Part shown: positions 13,201-24,221 of the stretch, one piece after another
How the letters are laid out: each line of letters opens with the position of its first letter
How positions within the stretch are numbered: the first letter of the stretch is position 1
Assembly (NCBI GenBank): GCA_964247055.1
Contig: OZ176054.1
Location: 6,138,001 to 6,202,000, forward strand
Length of the DNA stretch: 64,000 nucleotides
Direction of reading: 5' to 3'
Source: Paragordius varius
Lineage: Eukaryota > Animalia > Nematomorpha
Position numbers and translations under genes: made by a program
Notes under the pieces: generated by a model
The model's input: only the letters and a program-made list of their open reading frames with translations
The model's database searches: none
What the model was told of the DNA's origin: nothing

Positions 13201-15768
13201 TTCAAAAAAATAGGGCAACCGCCGCTAGAGCTTCAAAAAATATTTTAAATAATCAACCAAATATAGGAAAAAAAGCGTAAAAGAGCGTGGCCGCCGATAA
13301 TAGCAGACGCTAACAAATGCATAGTGAGAAACGTGTTTTACTAATCAAAATTATGTCAACTCTCCAGCAAATATGATGACTAGCTTAGAAAGTATATTTT
13401 ATTTGGCAAATTTGGTACTCTGCTCATGCAATACATATTCCTTATCTATATCAAACGTCTTTGTGATATCGACACAACTATGTATAGAGCATGTTTGTGA
13501 CAACGAATTTTCTTAAACACATGATTAATGAAAAAATAGCTTATTGTCCCTCCTAGTCTCGGTCAACCTACAAACATAATGCAAATTAACATCAGTCACA
13601 TTTTAGCGATATATAAAGTCTTATTAACCCTATTTACTAGTGCACTACCCCAAGTGGCAAAATCAATTTTAGATTGCATAAATATCACTAGCGATTATAT
13701 AAGCATATGTTCCCCAATCAGTGGAAAATTAAGACCAATCATGGTGGATGTATTAATAGACTAAAATAAAATATGTACCTATTCTGCAAGTTCGTGTCTG
13801 GTAATAGAAGAAGACGGAGATGCGACAAAACTTAATATAAAATAAACCATAATTAGTTTAAAAATTGAGCATATTTAGAGGTTATATGTAGTCTAATAGT
13901 CCATAAGCACTGGACAGTGTAAAAGAATTGACTTTTTTAAAAAATGTAAGAACTTATGCGAATAAGATGGACATAACATCGACCGGTCAATAGATAAGTA
14001 TTATGTGATTACTAGAAGATTTTAGGATGATCATCAAAAATTTATAATCCAGCTTACGATTCGTGAAGATACCGGGTGGTAATGGAATGCGTTTAAACTT
14101 CATTTATAAAAGGTCTTTAGCAGGCTTCGATATCTCCTAAAATGGACTCTAAAAGTTATGGAGTTTTTACATATATATTCTTTTAGTTATTGTTCTATGC
14201 GGACGAATTATATATAATAACAGATTTTAAAGATTGCTTTAAGCCATTTGATAACATGAAACCGAATCGAAATCTGTTAATTTGATTTAACTATGGCATA
14301 TAGAGCACGACTTGTGTAAGCTGAGCTAAAATTTTTGTGAATTTGGTTATTTCGTTTGTCAAATCAGGAAGTGCGCGTGTTTCTACTCAAACAAAACACG
14401 GAAAATCTCATCGTTGGCGGTATTATTGTTTAGCTCTCGACCAAATTTTACAAAAGCTGAAACTAAATTTTTTAAGCCCTAAGAATCCAATGTACCTTAG
14501 TTTGTATGACCCCATTCCCCAAGGCATACCCGCAAGGCTCAGTTATTTGTTAGGCGGTATTACTGAGGAGGTCTTTCGAAACAAAATCCATTTTGAAGTA
14601 ACGATACACAAATTAACAGCTAAGAGAGATATGCTGTCATTAGCGTTAGCAATATCATCGTCTGGCTTGAATGCGATGGTTCGCCAATAACGCTATAATG
14701 AAACAAACCTCCTAGACCAAACCAGTGCATATAAAAAGATGTGACAATCGATGCGCATATTTTTGTAGCGTTTGTCGGTTTGAGTGAGACAAAGCAGGAA
14801 TCGGTCAAGAATTGAAATTAGGGAACCGTTAGAGTCAAATAACAAAAATACTGGACTATGAGAAGCTACGGCAGTACTTTGAAAACTAACATGTTATTAA
14901 TCTTTCTAAATCTGTTTTTTTGCCTAGCAACGCATATTGATGTAGCATTGATATAGAATCTTTAGGGCCCCCCTGTTTTAAAGCGTGTAAAAGCGTAGAA
15001 AACAAGTAACGGTCATGCTCTATAGGGAGTAGCGATTACAAACCTGTTATGCACTTTTCTAGTTACCAGGATAGGTGTTAATATCTTCCTATCATTTTTT
15101 ACATTCATATTAAAAATAAAACGTTATGCTTACGTAAACCGTTTAAATGACTTATACAGTTAGCTGTTAAATATATCATACCTTTGTAAGATAAACTTGA
15201 TATCGTTAGAAACAAAGAAGAAGCGGAAAATTTATATGGTAATAACAGTAAGGAACAATGTATAGCAGATTTTAAATTCATTTTTTGGGCATTTTTCAAT
15301 ACTAAATTCGTTTGAGGTATAGGGTAAACATCTAAAATCTTAAAATTAATAATAAAAACTGGTTTATGCAAACGCCCCGCTACATAAAGAAATTTCCAGT
15401 TGTTCAAATCTTCTAAAAGTTTATTTTCCGATATCACACCATATTTAATTAACTTTGTAATTTAAAAAATAAACTTCATTCTCTATAGGTATATATGTTT
15501 TATATGTTATGCCAGACGCATAGTTTTGATAATATTGTTGAAATTCGGTCGGTAACACGTTAAAGTAACTGTAATGACCGGGATTAAGAATTTTATTTGT
15601 TGAATGCCATTGACTTGCATTTTTGGTCACAAAAATTAGATCTATCATCTAAATGCTTAAAAATTAATAAACTTTATTGCGTGCATTTCTAATAGCCGAA
15701 CCATATGAAAAAACCCAAACATTTTCTTTTGGAAAATGATTTACGATCCGTCGAAGAAGCTCCAACAT
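7211..15768 (-). CDS. TAMM41: Mitochondrial phosphatidate cytidylyltransferase (Tam41/Mmp37), about 325 aa
   Basis: Exons (minus) 15768-15673, 15648-15475, 15452-15360, 15338-15182, 8737-8586, 7899-7826, 7762-7668, 7372-7310, 7284-7211, all GT-AG and phase-consistent. Motifs: FSYGS, MIDLIF, LIKYGVIS..LLEDLNNWKFLYVAGRLHKP, NLKSAIHCSLLLLP, LSYKGDFRM..AEDVNKIPNIV, SSIQQTVKGFFSTGIKNSIFYS. Confidence 0.95.
7285..7309 (-). other. 25-nt spliceosomal intron (TAMM41)
   Basis: gttaatttttatatttttattatag. Its removal restores KGFFST-G-IKNSIFYS; length is not a multiple of 3. Confidence 0.9.
7404..7635. mobile_element. TA-flanked MITE (Tc1/mariner-type ends), copy 1
   Basis: TIR taccatttaca ... tgtaaatggta plus subterminal aattcacccta/tagggtgaattt. 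A second copy lies at 25220-25466. Confidence 0.7.
10283..10328. repeat. 23-bp perfect tandem duplication inside the RTE
   Basis: atttcagtagggatgtctctgtg x2. Confidence 0.9.
11817..12764 (+). mobile_element. 5'-truncated Penelope-like element (GIY-YIG) with inverted pseudo-LTRs
   Basis: ORF 12044-12418 PGVYKVPCECGRVYIGQTARKVKTRLNEH...IAEH...RESLEI is a PLE-type GIY-YIG domain. Inverted repeat arms of about 207 bp at 11815-12021 and 12525-12730. 12-bp direct repeat aaggtataaaat at 11805-11816 and 12765-12776. Confidence 0.9.
12643..12680 (+). ncRNA. Minimal hammerhead ribozyme motif in the PLE pLTR (mirror copy on minus strand at 11865-11902)
   Basis: CTGAGGA-c-GGAC-(12-nt loop)-GTCC-GAAA-ccgttc. 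Core boxes and stem II are intact; stem III is reduced to AAC-C-GTT and stem I is weak. Confidence 0.65.
15339..15359 (-). other. Candidate 21-nt in-frame intron (TAMM41)
   Basis: gtttttattattaattttaag immediately after RLHKP. It is GT-AG with intron-like composition, but stop-free and 3n, so not forced by frame. Confidence 0.65.
15453..15474 (-). other. 22-nt spliceosomal intron (TAMM41)
   Basis: gtttattttttaaattacaaag is the only GT-AG pair I found that joins ...PIENE to LIKYGVIS; non-3n. Confidence 0.92.
15649..15672 (-). other. 24-nt spliceosomal intron (TAMM41)
   Basis: gtttattaatttttaagcatttag contains an in-frame TAA; it joins ...SYGSAIRNARNK to MIDLIF. Confidence 0.9.
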
Positions 15769-15850
15769 CAATATAAAGCAAAACCATGTGGGAAAATTTA
15801 AATGTATATTAATACATTCATAAAATATTTTTGAATTTTACAACTTTGCC
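15769..15850. promoter_or_regulatory. Putative bidirectional promoter between TAMM41 and UCHL5 (82 bp ATG to ATG)
   Basis: Divergent start codons at 15768 (-) and 15851 (+), with a central imperfect palindrome aatgtatattaatacatt. Confidence 0.6.
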
Positions 15851-18050
15851 ATGGGTACTGAAACTGGGAAATGGTGTTTGATTGAAAGTGATCCAGGGGT
15901 ATTTACAGATCTTATTCGTGGTTATGGTATAGTTTAAAATTAATATTAGGTGTAAAAGGGGTCCAAGTCGAAGAACTTTGGAGCCTTGATGAAGATAGTT
16001 TTGACAAATTAAAGTACATTTTTATACAATTTAGACCTATTTTTGGATTAATCTTTTTATTTAAATGGAAACCTGAAATGAAAACCGATACTCAAATGGA
16101 AACTGTCGATAAAATATATTTTGCCAAACAGGTTAAAATTATACATAACATAAGGTAGTAGATAATGCATGTGCCACTCAAGCCATTTTAAATATATTGT
16201 TAAATTGTTCGTCAAATGACATTGATTTGGGGGAAACTTTGACAAATTTCAAGAGTTTTAGTGAAAACTTTTTACCTTCGGTAACTTTGATTTTAACCAG
16301 CACATGTAGCTTAAAGGTGTTTGTTTGACAAATTGCGATACAATAAGGAATGTCCATAATAGCTTTTCGAGGTAAGTGTAAATTGTAATTTAATGTTTTA
16401 AAAATAGTTTTTTAATATGTTCGTCTCATATAGTTTTTTTTGTTAAAAAACCGTATATTAAAATATTAAATATATTTTTAAACATAATGGAATGGCTAAT
16501 TTCCGTAATTTTAAAGGTATGGCAAAAATATTTTGCCTAAAAACTAAAGGATTTTAATAACTTGGTCCATTTTTTAGTTTAAATAGCTGTAAATTTCTCA
16601 AACTATTATTTTTGCATCCACTGGGTAAAATAATCGGTTCCACATGTGTTGTGAGATTTATTCATAGCATTATCTAATATTTTTTCCGCTAAAATATTTT
16701 CTATTCTTTGACTCTATATTGTTTTTGATGGGACGTCGTCTCCTAGATAAACGAAACTTAGATTAAACCGACCAATCATTTGTACAAAGATCTAAGGCGC
16801 ATAAAAATATGTATATCTTGCGCTATTTTTTTGTTAAAAATTTGATGTAATACACAATATAAAAAGATGGGAATAAAACTCTTAAACCGTTACATTTACT
16901 CTATTGAGCTACATTTAATAACATTAATCGGTTGTTCTTAAATATAAAACGGTTTATTAAATTATTAAAACAAATAGGATTTTTTAAGTGCGTTTTGTAT
17001 GCAGGCATCAAATTTTTGAAATGGATGATAAATTGTCGGAAGAAAAAGATGATGTATTCCATTTCACCTCATACATTCCATTTGATGGGCACATTTATGA
17101 GCTTGACGGTCTTAAAAATACCCCTCATCTTTTAGGTTGTTTTTATTAATTACATCATTATTATATATTTCTTTATTTTACATTTCTGTGTATGATCTTT
17201 ATAATTTAGGAAAGATAGAACCAAACGAGGATTGGATTAAAAAAATTCGCCCTATTATTGAAGAACGGATGAACAAGTAACTACTTTTTATAGACATATT
17301 TTCAATTTCTTTTTTTCTATTTTTTTGAAACTCAAGATACAGCAATAGCGAAATACATTTCAATTTAATGGCTATCGTTCCCGATTTAAAGCGTAAATAT
17401 GAAAAAGAATTGGAGGAATTAAAAACTTGCCATAATGTAATAATTATTTTTGATAATATATCAATTCATTTATTTAATATTTGATATAATTGGAAATAAA
17501 TAAATTTACTTAATTTTGTTCAATATACTTTTTAGTATAATTTTAAAAACAGACGTTTTAGCCATGGTATTGTAGTTATATATCTATTTTTAAATATAAA
17601 AGTTAGTTTGACTATTATGGTGTAAATTAAAAATTCCTTTAATAAAACTTTCAATAATTTTAAAGATTTAGGCATCAATAAATTGATCTTATATTATAAT
17701 TTTCATCCAATTTTTTCCGCTATTTAATTATATTTTAGGATATGGAAACTGATGAGAATCAAGCTCATATAACTCATCTCCAAATGCTCATTGCAGAAGA
17801 AAATGAAAAAATGCAAAGATATCAGGTACAAAAAATTTTATAAAGCTTTTAAAAATTTTAAATATAAAATATTTTTTATTTCATTTGTTAATTCAACTAA
17901 AACGAACTTATATAATATTAGATTGAAAATCAGCGACGAAAACATAATTACATACCATTTATAATGGAGTATTTGAAGATTTTGGGTATGGAAGGCAAAC
18001 TTGGTCCAATTACTAAGGCTGTTGCCAAATATATCTCCCAAAAATCATAA
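15851..18050 (+). CDS. UCHL5: Ubiquitin carboxyl-terminal hydrolase isozyme L5 (UCH37), about 312 aa
   Basis: Exons 15851-15926, 15950-16013, 16035-16131, 16155-16280, 16310-16371, 17005-17135, 17210-17276, 17337-17436, 17739-17825, 17922-18050 are phase-consistent. Motifs: [91 protein letters not shown]. Catalytic Q/C/H/D are present. Confidence 0.97.
15927..15949 (+). other. 23-nt spliceosomal intron (UCHL5)
   Basis: gtatagtttaaaattaatattag; non-3n; restores [14 protein letters not shown]. Confidence 0.9.
16014..16034 (+). other. 21-nt intron (UCHL5), in-frame and stop-free
   Basis: gtacatttttatacaatttag. Removal gives [15 protein letters not shown] as in UCH37 homologues; retention would insert 7 aa. 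Confidence 0.8.
16132..16154 (+). other. 23-nt spliceosomal intron (UCHL5)
   Basis: gttaaaattatacataacataag; non-3n; restores [14 protein letters not shown] around the catalytic Cys. Confidence 0.93.
16281..16309 (+). other. 29-nt spliceosomal intron (UCHL5)
   Basis: gtaactttgattttaaccagcacatgtag; non-3n. Use of the nearer AG (20 nt) would lead to CAC ATG TAG stop. Confidence 0.88.
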
Positions 18051-20088
18051 ACTTCCTTCCACACAAAATTCTATTATAATTATTATACTATTTTTTTAAA
18101 AAATAATTTAGATATGCTCTTTAAACAAAAGTCACAATGGCAATTTACAGCGGAGATGTATAGTCTAATATATAGCAATTATATTTTGTCTTGATTAAAA
18201 CAAACATAGGTTATTAAATATTCGCGAATTTCATAAATTGTTGGACAAGCGGTGGAAAAAAATAGCTACGCTGGTTGCATTGAAAAAAATGTCATATCAA
18301 TGCTAATTCATTTAATTTTTTCTGGTTGTTGCATTTAAAATTGGAAGATTTACCCAGATTCTACAATTTAAAAAAATTAAGAATCAAAATTTATTAAAAA
18401 AATTTAGTCTAGTTATCTACGGTTTTCGTCTAAATTTTGGTGGATTATTAAATAGCTATAAAAAGATAATTTATACCATAAAGAATCCTTAGTTTATACG
18501 AAAATTTATTTAAGGTAAAATATGATATATATATAATTTATCAACCTTAAAACATAACTAGGAATAAATCTGAATAAATATTGATATTAAAAAATAAAAG
18601 TCATTTGTTTTTGTATGATTTATTAGATACTTGATTTTTTATAACTGAAAAATGTTGTATTTGGAATTTTTTCGAATTTTTTGCGGGTGGCAAAAACATT
18701 TTTAAGAGATGCATGGGGCTCGTAGAGCGTTTGAACACCCTTGCTTTAGATGAATATATTGTAATATTTTTTATAGTTATTTGATACTTTAAATAAAATA
18801 GTTGGCTAAAGCGGTATAACCTTATTGCAGTCAAGCCAAAGTAAAAAATCTAGCGATCATCATTGAACAAAAGTGAAATACAGAAGGGATAGTGAGCTTT
18901 AGATGAACAGTCGGTGTTTCCATTTAAATAATAGTAAATTGTGATTAAAAGAAATCGCTCCTGTTATGTTCTCATGAATAATTATTTTTATACTATATTC
19001 CGAAAAATCAATTTGAATGGAACGATTAATATAGAAAGTGTTTTTATATTTTAAGGCGTTTACAAACGTTTCCACTATAGTACACTTTAACAAAATTTTT
19101 CCAAAATTAAATAATCAAAGTATGCGTTATTTGAAAAAAACTTTTTGGATGATATTTTCTATCATGTATTAATTATATATTGTGCAACCTCATTTTTTCG
19201 TTTATTTTGCAAAACTAGCCTATTTTATGGGGCTCCAGAAATTTGAGTCCTTCGAAGCTACCTATATTATATTTGATATAAATTTGATTTTGCATTTTAA
19301 ATATAGCTTTTGATATATTTTCATGATTTTAGCTTGAAAAGCATAATATGCGCTAATGCCATTTTCCATATGCAGCATTTACCACAAAAGTGCGTATGAT
19401 TTTCTTAAAATACTCGTAAGCTCCGAAAGCAAAAGCACCATGATAATCCTGTTACTTTTATAATTCCTCAGGAGGATATTTCCTTATTTTCCTGGTTTTG
19501 TGCGCTATGTAATTATATCTAAGCAATCGTTCAAAAATTATTCTAATAATTAAGGGCCATGAAATGCTTTTAGGCCCGCGGTTATAGTATCATTGCATTG
19601 CATGAGTCACATCATAATTAAAATATATCTTTGAAATGTATGGAGGAAATAATTCAAAATTGCCATTCCTTTGTCTGGCTGATGCAGGTAATAATATTAA
19701 ACAGCAAAATTAACGAGTTGTTCGTGTAGGCGAAATCTTAACTCCAACCAAAAAACCAAAAATACGAAAATTTTACTAACCGATGTGAACTAAAAATATT
19801 GGTAGGCAGGATTATAATAATGGATAAGGTAAAATGGTTTATTTGTGTCATTTAATAATTCTAATTAATTCACCATGTTTAATAATTTATGAAAAAGGTG
19901 TTGAATAATCCTTATAGTTTTTGTTCTAATAAGCTCCGCAGTATAGTTGGATCCAAAAATGCAGTATGTGAGGCAATGAAAATGCAAAAAAACACTATAA
20001 AAACCCGTTTCAAGTGTTATGATTTAATTTAAATCCAATTTTACCCTCCACTATTTTAAAAACTTTTTACAGAAATGTTTCAGTTATT

Positions 20089-20274
20089 TATAGTATGAGT
20101 AATACATTGCTATAAAGTTATAATTATTGCCAAAAAGTAAAGAAAACAAAAGGCAGTATAATTGGCTAATAATAGTAAAAAGTGAAAAAATAACTATAAG
20201 CACTGCCCTTTGTTGTATTTACTATTTGGCAATAATTAATAACTTTCTAGCAATGTATACTTACTCGTACTGTA
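20089..20274. mobile_element. Fold-back MITE with about 70-bp imperfect TIRs
   Basis: tatagtatgagtaatacattgctataaagttataattattgccaaaaagtaaa...ggcagt is mirrored by actgccc...tttactatttggcaataattaataactttctagcaatgtatacttactcgtactgta. Confidence 0.75.
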
Positions 20275-21773
20275 TTTATCTATTCAAATATAGCGCTTAA
20301 TAGGAAATTATAACCAAACATACAACCATTTCAATTTATAATAGAAGCGGAAAGAGATGTAATTTGTCGATTGTTTGATGTTTAAGAGATTTGATATAAT
20401 TTTTGTTGGATATTGTTTAATATTAATTTATATAAATGCTTTATAGTGACAAAGGGCTAAACTTATAATTTAACGAAATTGGATAATTGTTCCAACCCAT
20501 GTTTAAGTGCAAACAGAACTTCCGAAAGTTGATGAACACACAACCTTGCAGACAATATTTGTTCATTTTAAACCGATGTATTTATTCTTGACAAAAACCG
20601 ATTTCTAAACACATACAAATAAAAGAGGTTTTAAGGAAATTCCTTTATTAATGTCCGTTTATTTATACCAGTAATATATTTTGTTTTTCAAAATATAATC
20701 TGTTTAATTTTCTCGCATGTTAAAACAAATTGACTTTATAAAATATACTTTGAATATTCTAATAGTACCTATTTGGGTTCATATTTACATTAAAAAAAAA
20801 TTTTACCCACCTCAGGACATTTTAGTATATATGAAAAAAAAACATTTCCTTTACAGAGATATAACAGTAAAATTACTACAAAAAATATTTTTTACGCTAT
20901 TTATTTCACACAAACAAAATTGAATGTAAAAATTTTCATCCATTCATTGACTTTTGTTGACGTTAATGCATTTTTGACAAGGAATGATGAGTTATGTCTT
21001 TTTTAAGTTACATGGATTTCGTCCAAAAACATAATTTTTATTTTTTTCTCTGTTCTAACCTTTTTCAAAACATTAGTTTTGGTATACACATGATCATTTC
21101 TAAAAATATATTTTTTTTAACTTTAATTAATGAATTATTAATGTACGTAATTATGATATTCCAGCCATAAATATTTCAAATTGGCATGTTTAAACTATCC
21201 TATATTGTTGATCATTCCCATATATATATATATATATATACATATTTATTTAATGTGCAAAAAAATGCAAATTTGCGCAATGATTAGTGATTATTAATCA
21301 ATTTTCACAAAAAAATTATTTTATTTTAAAATATTGTTAATATTTGGCAAGGACAGTTAAATAATCTCCCATATGTTAGCATTTAAATTGAAATATTTAA
21401 CGCTAATTTCTATTTAATCGCTTGTTGTTGGTTATCGGTTTATAATTTATTGATATCGGTCACACAAAGTTGGAAAAAAACATTTATTACCAACGCTATC
21501 GATATCATTGTTAAAAAGTTCAAGTTCAAGATTGTGTTGTATTACATTCCAGTACCAATTTTTTTATAGCCTCTTTATATACATATATCGTTTCGATCCA
21601 TAAAAATAGATCTAACGATTGTAATCGAGAATATATATTTATATCTACTTACCATATACATTGCGCTTTTAACTTAATATCCCAATTTGTTATATATATA
21701 TATATATATATCGTGGACAAAAGAATTATTTCTTTGGTGCAAAATTTTATTATATACCATCCATTCTTTTGTA

Positions 21774-24168
21774 ATGCCTATCTTAGCCCGTCGCAAATCT
21801 TCAATTCCAGGGGGTCAGCATGGATTTCACAGTGGTGAAATTGGTCCGGTCGAAGAGGCCGGGGACAGTACATTCGATTACAGCAAAGAAGATGAGTATG
21901 AAAGCACGGCTTTAAAACATACCTGGATAGTGGGTTTGTGTTCGGGTTTAGGCAAATATTTAACGGCTGAAAATTTTGGTCACAAAATTAATATGACGGG
22001 TATAGCTATGAGAAAAAAACAGCAGTGGACCCTGATCCCTGAGTTTCGAGATGGTGTCTTTGCAAAACATGAATATTCCCCACAAACACAAACTCAAACG
22101 ATGACAACCGCTGCGAGTGATACAAAAAGCGGGGAAAATGCACATGGTTATTATCCTATCGTTTACATAAGATCGCCAGTTAATCGATTTTTGACCTTAG
22201 ATAAATTTGGAAATGTGACTTGTGAAACCGAAAAAATGGGTGAAAGTCAAAGATTTGCCTTAATTAATACGGATGACATTTTCCCAACCACGGGTGAGAA
22301 AGAAAATAAACATGGTAATGCATCTCAAACCTGGGGTCCTTGCCTTATTTATAATATAAAACATGCATATTTTCTATCCTCTCATTGTGTTGATAATGGA
22401 CTCCAAGGTTTCAACAAACCTGACACGGCTCGGGCAGGTGATTTTTGGAGCTGTCATTTACATATACATCCACCTCATATAAATATCATGCATGTGCATA
22501 GACAAAAATTTATAAGATATTTGAGGGATATGGATTGTGTTAATTTGTTAGATAGTGGTTTACCTTGGGGTCTTGAGGCCTTATTCACGATCGACAGAGT
22601 ACCCTATTATAGTGAAAATGTAATAACAACACATTCATCAAAAGAAGTTTCGTTAAAACCGTCGAACCAACAATCCCCGAATTCACTGCAACAAAATCGC
22701 AAAGGATCCAGTCCTAAAATAAGTGGGGCCCATCTAATAATCCCAATTAATAGTGAACCTTTACCTACCCGGTATTGTATTCGAACTTCGAATGGGAGTT
22801 TAGTTACTTCTACTGGGAAATGCATAAAACCTAAAACAACATCATCATCATCATCATTGAATGTGTTAAACAAAAATGGTATTAATAATATTCCAACAAA
22901 TGCTCTCTTTACCATACACTTTTCCCAAGGTTATTTAGCCTTCAAAGATGACACGGGTAAATATTTAACATCTATCGGCAATGAAGGCCATGTGAAATGC
23001 AAAAAATCAACTCTAGAGAAAGAAGAATTATGGACTATTGTTGGAACTAAACCCCAAATAAACTTAAAAGGATGGAATGATAAATATGTAACGACCCAAA
23101 AAGGTACAAATTTATTTTAAACACTTATTATACAGTAAAAATTATAATTAAAAACATAAACACACATTTTTAAAAGACAGCCATACTTGTTGAAACGTCT
23201 ATATTTTTTACATAAACTATTTAGACACAAATTTAAAATATGCATTGTGTGTGTGTGTTATTAATTATGAATATACAGCAATTCCTTTATCTGGAATTGT
23301 AAACGTTAAGTTATTCAAAAAAACAAATTTAAATGGTTGCCTTTTCATATAAAAATCTTGTCTTTATAATTTACGTTTTATCTAAATTTCAATTTTTACT
23401 ATAATAAAATTTTTTGTGATTTTTATGATTGATTTACTTATTGATTCTGAAAAGGTATGGACATATCAGTAAATCAAGATGAAATCACAAACTTTGAGAC
23501 ATTCCAATTGGAAAATGACGACAATGGTAAATATTGGCGGTTTAAAACAGTGGCAGACAAGTTTTGGGGATTAGGAGAAAACAATGCAATCCATTGTATG
23601 GATGATAGGTATAATAATTAACTAATTACATGCATGTTAGATAATGGTCGTGTGTTTTACCCCCTAATGTTTAATTTTTATAAACATAATTTGTTTAATC
23701 ATAAAAATTTCATCAAATAATATACCCTATTTCAAATCGATTTTTTTGTCCATTTATATATAATTTATAAGGGTTAAAGCTACCCGCATTTTCCACAAAA
23801 GTTTAAAACTGTAAAATTTTGATATAATGCATGCGATCCTTTTAAATTATCTTTATTTTCCTTAACTGCTAAAAAGTTTATAAAATTATATATAAACTCT
23901 GTTTTGAAACTGAAATGCTATTAATAGTGTCAAATAACATTTTTATAGAATGGATGCGCATGTATGGTTAAAGCACAGATAAGATAATTTTAATGGCATA
24001 AAAGCATATTAATACATTAATCGGTGATATTTTATGCATTAATACTAATTAATTTTTTGATCTGTAGTTCCAGCATACTAATCGCTAAACTTCGTTCCAT
24101 GACACTCGATACCAAGTTTTAATATTTATTAATCAATATAACCTAATTGACTTTATATCCCCACCAAT

Positions 24169-24221
<53 letters not shown>

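Noticed and set aside
13140-15100. Moderately GC-rich intronic segment with ORF 14337-14690 and a ...CTAGT end near 15060
   Set aside because: Probably a decayed TE, but I found no protein motif, TIR, TSD or convincing Helitron hairpin, so it could not be classified.
16932-18041. ORF-track entries 16932-17135 (+) and 17838-18041 (-)
   Set aside because: They are wrong-frame or antisense overlaps of UCHL5 exons.
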